Positions 1 to 11,949 are shown, counted from the first letter of the whole stretch. The stretch is DNA of 54,650 nucleotides, filler included, from Jimgerdemannia flammicorona (GCA_003990765.1; 2 parts of 2 records of this genome joined end to end with filler, not necessarily neighbours in it), one strand, 5' to 3'. Numbers and translations are program-made. The notes: a model not told the origin generated them from the sequence alone.

Positions 1-1331
1 TCTTCACCACCGATTATGGCAACCTGCCATACAACCCATCATATCACCACAGCATAAATACAGGAAATGCAACACCCATCCGGCAGAAACCCTACAGAAT
101 ACCCCATCACTTGAAAACCTTCGAAAAAGAGCACATCCAAGAACTCTTAGACAATGGAGTCATCCGACCCTCTACCAGCCCCTGGGCCAGCCCCATACTT
201 ATTGTACCAAAGAAAGGAGGATGGAGACTCTGTGTGGATTACAGAAAACTCAACTCAGTCACCGAAAAGGATGCTTATCCTTTGCCCAGAATCGATGACC
301 TTTTGGATCAGTTACAAGATGCTAGATATTCCAGCAGTATGGACCTCTTCGCAGGATTCCATGAGATCCCCATGGACCCAAAGGACATTCAGAAGACAGC
401 TTTCCTTGCTCTTGGAAAACTGTTTGAATACCTCCGAATGCCCTTTGGACTCTGCAATGCACCCCCCACCTTCCAGAGGATGATGAACTCAGTCTATGCT
501 CCCTTGATCCACCACTGCCTGATTGTATACATGGACGATTCCAACATCTATTCAGCAAATTTCGAAGAACACCTGCACCACCTAGAGGAATTCTTCAAGC
601 TCACCCGCAAGAATCATTTGAGATTGAATGCAAAGAAATGCTATTTTGGGAAACAGAAACTTGAATTCCTAGGATTCATGGTTTCAAAGGAAGGAACTCA
701 TGCAGACCCAAAGAAAACCGAGAAGATCAATAATTGGCCAGTGCCCAAGACTTTAAAAGAAACACTATCATTCTTGATGCTAGTATCCTACTACAGAAGG
801 TTCATCAAAGATTTTGCTCAAATTGCTGCCCCAATCCGAATCCTTCTCAAGAAAGGAGTGCCATTCAAGTGGACAGAATCACAAGAAAAAGCCTTCAGAG
901 AACTCAAGAACCGCATGACTACAGCACCAATCCTTGTGCGCCCCAACCTACAGAAGCCATTCATCTTGTACACAGATGCTTCCAAAGATGACCTAGGAGC
1001 AGTTCTAGCCCAAGAAGGACCTGACCAATAGCACCATGTGATAGCTTATGCAAGCAGAGCTACCAATCAGCAGCAAATGAACTATGGTAGCACCAAACTG
1101 GAATGTCTTGCAGTCATATGGGCAGTCACCCTGTTCAAGCATTACCTCATCAGAAAAAGGTTCACCCTGATCACAGACCATGCAGCCCTTAAATGGTTAT
1201 TCAACCGCAAGGAACCTGCTGGAATCCTAGCCCGCTGGATCCTTATCCTTCAGGATTACAAAATCATCATCATTCACAAAGCAGGGAAAGCTCACAACAA
1301 TGTTGATGTACTTTCCCGCCAGCCCCAATGA
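1..1331 (+). pseudogene. pol: Reverse transcriptase-RNase H of element A (one in-frame stop at 1029-1031)
   Basis: Motifs SPWASP, WRLCVDYRKLN, MPFGLCNAP, YMDD, LYTDAS, ECLAVIWA, ITDH and DVLSR. ORFs 111..1031 and 1038..1331 share a frame. Confidence 0.95.
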
Positions 1332-2395
1332 ATCAGAAGAAGGGTGTCCCGAGGAACCACACCCTAAAGGAAGCTCCTCAGACTGTCAAGGCACAAGAAG
1401 ATCTCATCCGTAAAGAACATCAGAAGGCTCATCAAGGACAGACAAGTACAGAAGACAAGATTCGAAAACAACATCAACATTGGCCCCACCTCAGAACTCA
1501 AGTCCAGGACATCATCCAGAAATGTGACATCTGCCAGAAGTACCAAGGAAAGAAGAACTACCAAGCCCCCCTGCAACCAATTCCCCCACCCACTCACATC
1601 TTTCAAAGATGGGGAGTAGACGTAATCGGGCCTCTACCAGTTACACCAAGAAGAAACAAATACATCCTTGTATTTGTGGAACATCTGACCAAGTGGCCCG
1701 AGGCTTTTCCAATGGAAATCACAGATGCCTTAACCATTGTGGGCCTCCTCCATGGACTCACACTCAGATATGGACCCCCAGAAGAACTTATCTCTGACCG
1801 AGGCACAGAATTTATCAACAACATAATCACGAGTTATGCCCGAATTCACAAGATCCACCTCAAACAGACCATATCATACCACCCTCAGACCAATGGCATG
1901 ACAGAAAGGATGAACCAGACCATCAAGAAAGGACTTGCCCGAGTCAATCCTACCAATTGGGACCTCTGCTTACCTGAGATCCTATGGGAAATTCAGAATA
2001 CCCCTGCCACATCCACCAAATAAAAGCCATTCGAAATGATGTTTGCCAAGAAAACCAGAACTACTGACCATGAGAATCTCGGAGATCTCCTCAAGAAGGC
2101 AGAACAGTTATGAAATCAAGCCCAAGGACAGATTATCAAAGCCCAGGAAAGACAAAAGAAGTACTATAACCAAAAACAGAAGGATCAGGAGATCAAGATT
2201 GGAGATCAAGTCCTAGTTTAGAGAAGCATGATTGAGACAAACTTTGCCGCCAAACTGGAACCGAAATGGGAAGGACCTTATCTTGTACACAACATCAGAG
2301 GAACCAACATCTATTTAAGAAGCATGGATGGACGAATCCTGAGAACACCAGTATACATCAATCGCCTCAAACTGTATTTCCCCTCTACACCATGA
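1328..2395 (+). pseudogene. Integrase of element A, in its own frame with its own ATG
   Basis: HHCC finger (H-QKAH...CDIC), WGVDVIG, ISDRGTEF, YHPQTNGMTER and C-terminal KWEGPY. The frame continues through three transition-type stops to TGA 2393-2395. Confidence 0.92.
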
Positions 2396-2907
2396 GCCAG
2401 AGGATTGATCAGCGCCTCCAGACATTGGTCCTCAGTTCCTTCCAAGCCCTGCCAGTCCCTCTACCCCAATTCGGTCAAGCCAATGGAAGCCCCCTCCAGA
2501 GGATCCAAGTTCATCAAGAAAATCTCATCCTGGCCAGATGCCTACTACAAGTCCACCAACTGTAGGCCTATTATGCAATCGGCGAACAATTGCAGAACCT
2601 CCCAGCCCCAGAACAGACCTACATCAGAAATACTACAGGTCTGACCAGAAGAGACACTACTGCCGCAGACAGACTATACACCATCTACAAACGAAATGTC
2701 ACAGCCCTGACACAGGCACAATTCTCCCTGAATGATATTCAAGGAATGAACCCTGTTACTTATCTGAGCATCATCAACTCTGTCGAAATCCTATTCCCTG
2801 AAGAAGAAGAAGAGCTTTTAGAATGGAGTAACCCCAGCACAGACAATGAAGATGATGGAACAGATATAGATGCAGAAGCAGCCTATGCTTATTGGGATGA
2901 TGACTGA
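2392..2907 (+). pseudogene. Accessory ORF of unknown function (~171 aa, YYxIG family) between integrase and PPT
   Basis: ATG 2392 overlaps the integrase stop. One internal TAG (2563-2565) joins ORF-track pieces 2266..2565 and 2590..2907. Sequence: MSQRIDQRLQTLVLSSF...QVHQL*AYYAIGEQL...AADRLYTIY...acidic tail. Confidence 0.8.
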
Positions 2908-2946
2908 AGAATAGTCTGAGACAGACTACTCTTCAGTGGGGGCTGA

Positions 2947-4327
2947 TGTGACAAGCCAAGACGTACCACCCGAATCATATCTTAACCAGATGACGCAAAC
3001 AGAATGACGTGAACACTCAGCTTAGTAACCAGCAACTCTTGTTGCGGAAAACTGTATAAATAGCCAGACATACTAGAAAGGGTCTGTTTACCTGTACAGA
3101 CTCTGTACACCGTACAGACTCTGTACACTATACAGGTCCTGTACACCATACAGACTCTGTACACCTGCCATAAGTAGCAGATCTATAGTTAGCCACATAG
3201 TAACCAGATAGCAACCAACTTGTATAAATTACCCCAGTGGCAAGAGTGAATAAAACCTCAGTCCGAATTGAAGTGCAAACCAAAGAAGCCTCTAAAGATT
3301 GAGCAATTGGTCCCCTTATTCCCACTCCAGTCCACTTTCCGATACAAAGAAGAGTCTGATACGTTTTTGGTTCGCTTGCCAGATAAGCCTGAAGAATTCG
3401 AGTTTGCCGCCTAAGTTCAAGAAGAACTTCACTGCTTTTGAAGAGAAACCCTTGGTTCACTTGCCAGATAAGCCTGAAGATTTCCGCCGCCTTTCTTGCC
3501 ACAAGCCAGTCTTTTGACACAACTTTGCAGTGGAGCCAGTCTACGACGTAACCCCGCGCAAACGAAGCCAGTCTTTGACGTAACTTGCTAAGAATCCGAG
3601 TAGTATTCCCAGTTGAAGCCGATTCAGGAAGAATCCACGCCACCTGAGTTATCCGAGTTATCTGCCGTTTCTAAGTTATCCGCCGTATTCCCAGTTAAAG
3701 CCGCCGTTTTCAAGAAGTCCGCCAATTCGGGAAGGATCCACGTCGTCCACCATTTTCAAGTTATCCGCATTCTCAGAAGAACCATCCGAGTTATTCGTCA
3801 TTCCCAGTGAGCCCGAGTTAGCAAGTTATCCACCTCCCGAGATAATTCCCAGTGAACCTGGTATAGAAGATACCACGCCAAATATTCCCAGTGAGCCAAA
3901 TCAAGTTATCCGTCAAATCTGCATAAGGAGAACTGCTAAATTGCCAGACCATCACACATAAGGAGATCGTCGCACTACACAGAGATCGTCACGCAGAAAT
4001 TGCATAAGGAGAACCGCTAGATTGCCAGACCGTCACACCCAGAGATCGCATACTTTTGGAGATCGTCACACTACACAAATTGTACCATTCCCAGTTGACC
4101 CAAGAAGGAAGTCCATTCACACACAAATCGCCGCTACACCCAGAGAACCGTCCCAAAAAGGAAACCACTCGCACAGTATCCAGATCTTGACTATTATACC
4201 GCTAAACACCAAGGACCTCAGGAATCTTAGAACATTTTGTTGCTTTTAACAAAGTAACTGGGGGCTCAAGCCAAACTACATCAACCCCCAACCTTGTAAT
4301 TTGCCTCCATTGAGCCGGCACGTTACA
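2947..4327 (+). repeat. 3' LTR of element A (~1.38 kb) with internal 18-bp tandem repeat and TATA-like box
   Basis: TG...CA ends with an imperfect terminal inverted repeat (TGTGAC/GTTACA). About four CTGTACACCGTACAGACT-like units at 3090-3165; GTATAAAT at ~3222. Confidence 0.8.
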
Positions 4328-6319
4328 CTATTTATATTTTTATCTAATAATGTTCTGATTTAATATTCAGTTCAACTGCTGTTTAATTTGTTTACATTTC
4401 TCATTTGCATCAAGTTGGAATTCACATATCATTGAGGTTTATGTTTCATGAGTCATTGGTCATATGACTAGATGTTCAGAATAGTGGAAGGTGAAAATAT
4501 TTATATTGTAAATTCTGGTATACTAATAGTTATTCTGATATTCTTAGTGAAGTTTTCTAACAAGTTGGTGATCTTATATCTTAAATTTCATATTGTCTGA
4601 GGTCTTATATCTGATTTCCATAGTAGCAGTTCTTAACTAATTGACTTGTATCTTCTTGTGATGATTTTCATAGTAGTGGTAGTTCATATCTTAAGTTTTG
4701 TAATGATTTTCATATTAATTTTCAAAGTGGTAAGTGTAATCTCTTAACTTTTGGAGATAGTATATTTCTCTATAAATCTCTTTTTACTTTAAACTATTTG
4801 ACTGAGATTTATTCACTCTTATCTTTGGGAGTATTTATATCTATTATATCTTAATAGTAAGGTCTGGATATACTATTAGTTTGCCAGTGGTAGTATATCA
4901 ATAGTAAAGACTATACTAATGGAGTAAGGTTGGAATACTCTTGTTCTGTACTACTGACAAAGAATGTTTAGATAATGGAGGCTATTCTATATTTGGCTAA
5001 ATTATAATATACTTATGTGAAGAGTAGTACTAACTAAATCAGGTAAGACTGAAATATCTTTTGTTCTATATTACTAGTAAAGAATATTGATATCTGCCTT
5101 AAAAGGAATAGTATTCTTTGTCAGTGGTAAGCAAATCACCTTATTGGATTGTAACTTCATCATACTGCTCTTCAAAGAGGAGAAGTATTGGCCAAAGAGG
5201 TGAGGGGATAGAATAGTGGCCAATCATCTTCAATGATGTTTTCTAACCCTTGCATAGCTTAAAGGCAGACTAAAGACTGGTATATTCTTTGTTGTTCTTC
5301 TTCTTGAAATTCATCAGTTTGGACATCTTGAGATACTATAGCAGTTTTGATAGTAGAGTCTTGGTGTTCTTCTTCTTCCAGAATAGAAGCTTCTGGGACC
5401 TATTAGTTCAGCTTCTATACAATATAATGTGACATATAACTGACAGAGTAGTGGATAGTCATAATAGCTTCTGTCAGTACTTTGATGGTAATGGATAGTT
5501 CTTTGAAGATTTCCATGAAACTTATCAGATGGTCTTGATAGTTGTCTTAGAGAGGGGTAGTATGAAAGCCTGGCAGAGTGAGTTCAGTTTATTGACTTTC
5601 TATAGTAATACAGTTACTTCTGATATAATTAGCAACTTCAGCTTCTATCTAATTGACTTCTTCAGTAGTGAGGCAGACTATATTTCTAGTGGTAACTCTT
5701 TGTAAGTGAGCTATAGTCTAGAATATATAGTGGAAGATTTGGTGGACATGAAGGGCTCTCTTGATCAGTCAGTTAGTGGTTAATAGTTTGGTAATGAGGT
5801 CTTCCCAGTCATCTTCTTAGGTTTCATTATAGAGATGGTGTCCAATTTCATAGTTATGTCAGAGAGTCATTCAGTCAGTAGTATTCTTGAACTGCTAGAT
5901 CATATGTAGTAGTAGTTGATGAAATGTCCAAGATCTTCAGTATAGAAGTTCAGATGTTCAGTGGTATCAGAGTACCAGATAGTCATTTTGATGGCTTTGA
6001 GGACAAGACTCTTCAGACTTGGTAAAAGAGTACTGCAGTAAGAGATCTGGTTAGAGTGGTAAGAAGGAGACATTATGTTCTTGTTTGTTCTGATTCTTCT
6101 TGATACACTAGGTCTAGGTTCTTTAAATAATGTAGTCTTTATTTTAGCTTAAATAATCATTACTTCTTTTGGTCAGATTATCTGATAGATTAAGTGGGTC
6201 ATCAGATAGTATCATATAATTATTATACCATAAGGTTGGAGTTATGATCTGATCAAAATAATTGTGAGATCTGTCATCATTACTTTCTTATTTCAGTATT
6301 ATCAGTTGTACATGTCATA
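4328..6319 (-). repeat. 3' LTR of element B (last ~70 bp cut off by insertion of element A)
   Basis: Colinear with 14545-16514; differences are mostly transitions. Confidence 0.9.
5180..6073 (-). pseudogene. LTR-encoded accessory ORF of family B (3' LTR copy; end approximate)
   Basis: MSPSYHSNQ...SLKSLVLKAIKM...MTL*HNYEIGHHL...KRALHVHQIF...VTTRNIVCLTTEEVN...acidic tail. Several stops and one 1-nt indel relative to the 5' LTR copy. Confidence 0.72.
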
Positions 6320-9300
6320 TCTGCTCCTTGCAAAATTAGAGCCATTCTCAGTAGTGATAGTTATACAAGATTGAGTGATCTTAACTTTAGAGATAAGTAG
6401 GATATTGATACATTTGCAAGAACTGGCCATTCTTATCTAGGGCAAGAGCTCTCATTGTTATGGCTGAGGGTTTGAACTTCTTAGAAATGATATTTTCTAT
6501 AATCCAAGATAATTTCTAGTAGCAATGTCTATTATATGAATAAGCTTAAGAATGGTTCCAACAGTGTTGACTTCTTAAGTTTCAGATGAAGTGTCTATCA
6601 TTCTCCAATAGAGGTGATACAGATGAAGTGAACAGAGTTATTCAAATGTATTTTGCTTCTCTTAGGTAGTAGAGTCTTATATAGTTGCAGTGTATCTTGG
6701 TCTTAAGTAAAAATCCATTCATGGTCTTGAACTGGTAGATATAATTTAAGAATACTTAGTGTATGAGATAAGGTCCTTCCCATTTTGGTTTGAGTTTGGC
6801 ACTCCAGTTTCCTTCTATGATAGATGGTATATCAAGACTTATTGTCTAATAAGCAGGGATTTAAGATCAGCTTTACAGTTATAGTACTTCTTTTATCATT
6901 CTTGTACTTTGACAATAAATTCTTATACCTACTGGTATACTTTGTATAACTGGGTGATCTCTTCAGTAACTTGTTTTGTCAAATTTAGCTAGATTGATTT
7001 GGTGGGGTTCTGTGCTTCTTGGCCATATATCAGATAGAAAGAGCAAGTAGCAGTTGCCTTTGAAGTTCAAATACTGAACAAGATTGCTGAAAGATAGATA
7101 TCTTAGTTAAGTTAATCTTAGGTTCTACTGAGACCTTGTTTGATGGTCTGGTTCATTTGCTCAGTAAGTCTATTTGTCTGAGGATAGTAAGCTATTGTCA
7201 GCTGCAGCTTAATCTTGAAGTTGCTTACAAAGGTTTTCATAGCTTTGTTGATGAATTCCCAGTCTTAGTCTATAATGATTTCCTGAGAACACTATGATAG
7301 CTGAAAATTTCATCATACAGGATTCTAATAATTGTTGGGACATTAGTAGTCTCAATGGTAAAGGCTTCAGGTCATTTTGTTAGGTCATCTTTAATGGTAA
7401 GGATATAGTATCTTCCTTAGCTAATTACTGGAAAAGACCTAATAATATCTATTCCTAGTCTTTAAAAAGCTCTAGCTGGTGTTGTAATTAGTATTAGGAG
7501 TGTTTTGTCACTTGACTTTTATTAGTATCTTTGGTAAAAATCACATTATTGAATATATGTTGAAATTTGTTTCCTTATTTTGGATCACTAGTATTGCTTC
7601 TTGATTCTTATAATAGTAGTACCAATTTCTCAATACATATTCTGATTATAGTTTATTATCAGAATTTTAGATATTTCTTTTTCTCTTGGGATATGGATAT
7701 ATTAATCTCCTTCCACTCTCTAAAGTTTGCCATTGTCTTCTTGAAATTATTTTAAGTTTCTTTAGATGAATAGCTTATGGGTTAGCTAAATTTCTTTCTT
7801 AAAGCTCCTATGGTGCAGACTTCAGATGAGGGTGAGGCATAATTCTTGGTTTATTTAAGAGAGTAAAAAACAGCCTTCTCTTGTGAAGGCTCTTTCTCTT
7901 CTTGTTGATTCTGTAGGATTTTTGACAGAATATTGATATTAGAATTCTTAACACCTTTCTTATAGATGATAGTGAACTGGTATTCTTGCAAGGATATGAT
8001 CTATTTAGCAAAGATTTCTGAAGATTCTGACTTATTGAACAATCTTGATTGTCTGTAATGAGAGTAAATCTCTTTTTCAGAAAATAGTGTCAAAAATGGT
8101 CTACTATCTATACTACTGCTAGACATTCCAACTTGGTGGCTCCATAGTTTGCTTGTAATTTATTTATGGCTTTGCTAGTATATTCAATAATATGTTCTCT
8201 CTTTTGGTCATCTTGCTGGGACAGAATTGATCTAAGTCCTAAAGCTGAGACATTGATTACTAAGATAAAGAACTTGTTGAAGTTTGGTCAAACCAGAATA
8301 GGTGTTTCAGTGAGAGCCTTCTTAAGTAGATCAAATGACTTCTGTTGGTCTTCCTTTTAGTAGAATGATTGGTCCTTCTTGGTAATATCTTATAGTAGTG
8401 CTACTCTATTAGAAAATCTTGAAATAAATTGCTGATAGTAAGATACTAATATGAGAAAGGATAGAGTCTCCTTTGCTGAGCTTGGGGTTGGGTAGTTCTT
8501 GACTTTCTCCACCTTATGAGAGTCAGTATGGGTTTCTTGGGCTGAGATAATATATCTCAGATATTCAACTTAGTATTTTTTAAAGAAGTATTTCTTAATA
8601 TTAAATCTAAGTCCTGATCTTTAAATAGTATCAAATACTTTATGGAGATCTTACAGATATTGTTTGAATATTTCAGAGTAGATGATTATATTATCTATAT
8701 ATATACTAGTATATTTCTTCCAATGAGGTCTTAGTAGACATAGTTCATCATTTGTTGAAATGAGGCTAATATATTACAAAGTTTAAATAGTATGTAAAAA
8801 TATTCATACTGTTCTCATCTGATAATAAAAACTATCTTGCAGATGTCATTCTTGGTAATAGATATTACTTATAGTCTGTAGTAGTCATGTACTTGACTTT
8901 TCTAAGAGCATTGAGGAGATCATCAATTTGCAGTAATGGGTAGGTATCCTCTATAGTAATCTTATTGAGTTTCCTGAAGTCTACAACTAGTTTCAATCCT
9001 CTTTTCTTTGTTACTATAATTACTGGTGAAGCCAATAACTCTATTTCATAATATTTCTTCTATATATTGTTGTTCAAGCCCAATCAGATAGTATAGTATT
9101 TGGTATGAGCACTATCATATTAGTTTTACATCTCCTATATATATGACATATTCTTTATATTAATATAGTAGAAAGTTATTATATATTGTGGTAAATATAT
9201 CTTTATATTCTTCTATCAACTTTTATATCTATTGTTACTGATCCTCTATTAGAGTTTTCTTGATATTGATGGCTTTGATTGCTGAGTCTTCCTCTCTGAT

Positions 9301-9699
9301 ACTATCAGTCTCCAGAGAGGGCTTACTATTTTTCAAGAATTTGAAGACTTCTTCCTCATAGGTGTCTATCAGTGATTCAAAGTATCCCAGTATTGTTTCT
9401 TTGGGAATTATTACTACTTTGAAGCCCAAATTTCTAATAGGAATATAAATTGGTAATATCTGATCATAAATTCATTCTGTAGTAGGAGGAGGTAATACTT
9501 TTCTTGAAGTTTGATTGAAGGCTCAAATATCAGATAATTGTTATCTTCTAGTAGATATATATCTAGGCTTCTTTATTAATAAGACTGGAGGATAACATGT
9601 TCTCTTACTCAAATAAGGTAGCAGAAGTGTGATTTTATTTAACAGAACTGAGCTACTGTTGCTAAGTGAACTTCTATAGATAATTAAGTTCTATTGATA

Positions 9700-10100
9700 C
9701 TTTCAAAGCCTCCTTGTCCTCTCTGGTACTGCTGAGTTGATCTACTTCTTGAATAGTTGATTGTGATGTCTTAATGAATAGAATCTGACAGATGACTTCT
9801 TAGAGATTAAAGACTTAGTGATTTCTGCTGCTGTTGTAGATGATAACCTTCAGTGGATCTTAATAATCTTGGTCAATAACTCCTCCTGCTACTGTAACTC
9901 CTTTGGCTACCAGAGATGATCTTGATGGCAGTTGACCATAGTGTTTAGGTGGTATAGTAAGTGTAATTTGAAGATCAAAGGTCTTTGTAATTCTTAGACA
10001 GAATATTGTCTGATAGTGAAGACAGAGATTATATTCAACTGATTCTTCTGTTTGTATAAGAGAAAGTTATACCCAAGATGATAGTAACTTGACTTAAATG
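9700..10100 (-). pseudogene. dut: dUTPase domain of element B (between PR and RT)
   Basis: HYGQLPSRSSL, GGVIDQDY, ICQILF and RGQGGFES correspond to trimeric dUTPase motifs 2-5. Confidence 0.88.
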
Positions 10101-10959
10101 ACTGGCTGAGTTTTGAGAAATAGTATCTCTGTAGTTACTATTGTATATGAGAGCTCTATATATTCTGGCTTGAAAAATAGCCAATATACTCCAGTCTTTG
10201 AGTTTCTTATATAATTGAATTCTGTTCTTCCAAGTAGATTCAGAGCTTCTATGAAGGCAAAGACAAGATTGACTCCATGGTTATCTTAGTAAGGGTGGTA
10301 ATGCCAGAAAATAATTGCAAGTAATTCTAATAGCAAATCTCAAATAGAGGTCTTGCTCTTGACTTTGCAGTCTCCTTTATGATTGATCTGTTTGCATTTT
10401 TGACAGGTCCAGCAAATTCAGAGTTCTTATAGAGTAGAATCATTTCTCTTGACTTGGCTTTTGTAGATATCATCACTGAGGTGAATACTTTGATATTTGC
10501 ACCAATAATAGGTAAAGATCTTTCCACAATTATAGTATCCTTGCTTGACAACCTTCTCATTCCACTGCTTGACTTTCTTGCTTATAGGATATCTCCTTTG
10601 ATATTTATCATAAGTGGATAGGGTAATCTGAAGAGCTTGGGTGATAGTGTAGATATTGTTGTTATCTTCTTCAATTGTAAGAGTTTCTAGAGGTTGATAA
10701 GAGAGGACCTTTTGTTCTTTCTTATAGGTTTTCTTAAATATCTTTGGAGTTAGTAGTTGTATTTTTTTGAGTACTGGAGCTCATTTTTACTCATCTTTAT
10801 CTGCAATTAGTAGTATTGGAATCTTCTTGAGATCAAAGATTTGATAGTTACTGCAATCATTTCTTGGTGAGTAAAAATAGTTATAGTATTCATATGTATA
10901 TGCCTAAGCAAAAGGCTCACATGATTCTGTTTTCCTTCAGAGGTAGTGGTGGTTATATA

Positions 10960-11281
10960 TAGTGCTCTCAATGAATTGAATCAAATCAAATTTGACCCAA
11001 ATTCAATTTGATTCAAAATTCAATTTGAACCCTATTTTTTGAAATATAATAACTCGATTAAAACATGTCCAAATTTAATGGTCTTTAGCTTGTTAGATCT
11101 CCTTATATAAGGGGAATCTAACAAGCTAAAGGTCATTAAATTTGGATGTGTTTTCATCGAGTTATTACATTTTGAAAAATAAGGTTCAAATTGGACCATC
11201 AGTTTGATTCGAATTCAATTTGATTCAAATGACCCTCAATTTGATTTGATTCAAATTGATTTGATTCGTTTGGGAGCACTA
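10960..11281. mobile_element. 322-bp palindromic MITE with hAT ends, inserted in pol of B
   Basis: Termini TAGTGCTCTC...GGGAGCACTA. 8-bp TSD GTTATATA / GTTGTGTA (two transitions). Nearly self-complementary about ~11107. Confidence 0.92.
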
Positions 11282-11949
11282 GTTGTGTAGGTGATCCTGC
11301 AAACTCAAGTGTTGCTTGTTCACTAATAGCTCATTCAATACTTTCCTCTAAGTCCTCAGTGTTAACAATTTCAACAAATGAATCTTCTTGACCACTTTCA
11401 GAGTCTTAGAGAGCATCAAAATTACTTTCTAGTTCTTGTAGGAAATTGGCTTCACTTTCATTTTCTGTAGAGATAGGTGTATCTTCATATCTCTGCTATT
11501 TTGTTTCAGAGGTCTGACTTACTTTTCTTAAGGATCCTCTTGATTCAATTGGTATCTTGTACTTCTGTCCATAGAAGGTGAAGACTAGAAGCTATTTCTT
11601 GATATTTATATTAACTCCAACTTAGTATAATCAATCAGTTTCTAAGATCAGATTATAAGAGGTTGCTAGAGTTACCATAGCTTGTGGTATATTGAGATAG
11701 GTTTTTTCAACTTGAATAGATATATATATCTCTGACTAGTCTAAGGGAGGTAGATGCTGATCCATCTGCCATAATGACTCTTGCTTTAGTTCCTTCATCA
11801 ATTTTCCATCCAATCCTCTCTAGTATTTGCTGAGTGATAATACAAACTACTGCTCTAGTATTAATAAGGATTCTAGTATTTTCACCATATACTTTTCCAT
11901 TGACAAGTCTTGTAGATTGATATTCTTAGTACCAGTTTTCATAGACTGC

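Larger units (their letters stand above)
1..4327 (+). mobile_element. Ty3/gypsy LTR retrotransposon family A, 3' half (RT-RH, IN, accessory ORF, PPT, 3' LTR), inserted near the end of the 3' LTR of element B
   Basis: Domain order RT-RH-IN. Purine-rich tract AGTGGGGGCTGA precedes TGTGAC at 2947 and the LTR ends GTTACA at 4327. Sequence from 4328 matches the family-B LTR at ~14545. Confidence 0.93.
6340..11920 (-). pseudogene. pol: pol of element B: PR (~11550-11920), Cys/His-rich segment, dUTPase, RT (~8480-9200), RH (~7930-8270), IN (~6340-7700)
   Basis: Decayed motifs ILINTRA (for DTGA), LVVDFRKLN, YIDN (for YIDD), LECLAV, ITDN, Y-PQTNRLTE and KWEGPY. Many stops. Confidence 0.9.

Noticed and set aside
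3128..3643. 171-aa minus-strand ORF in the A LTR
   Set aside because: Non-ATG start, runs through tandem repeats, no motifs, and no second copy to test.
9400..9680. Second tandem dUTPase in element B
   Set aside because: IPIRNLG..VIIPKETILG resembles the usual pre-RT linker of Ty3/gypsy Pol; catalytic dUTPase motifs are absent.
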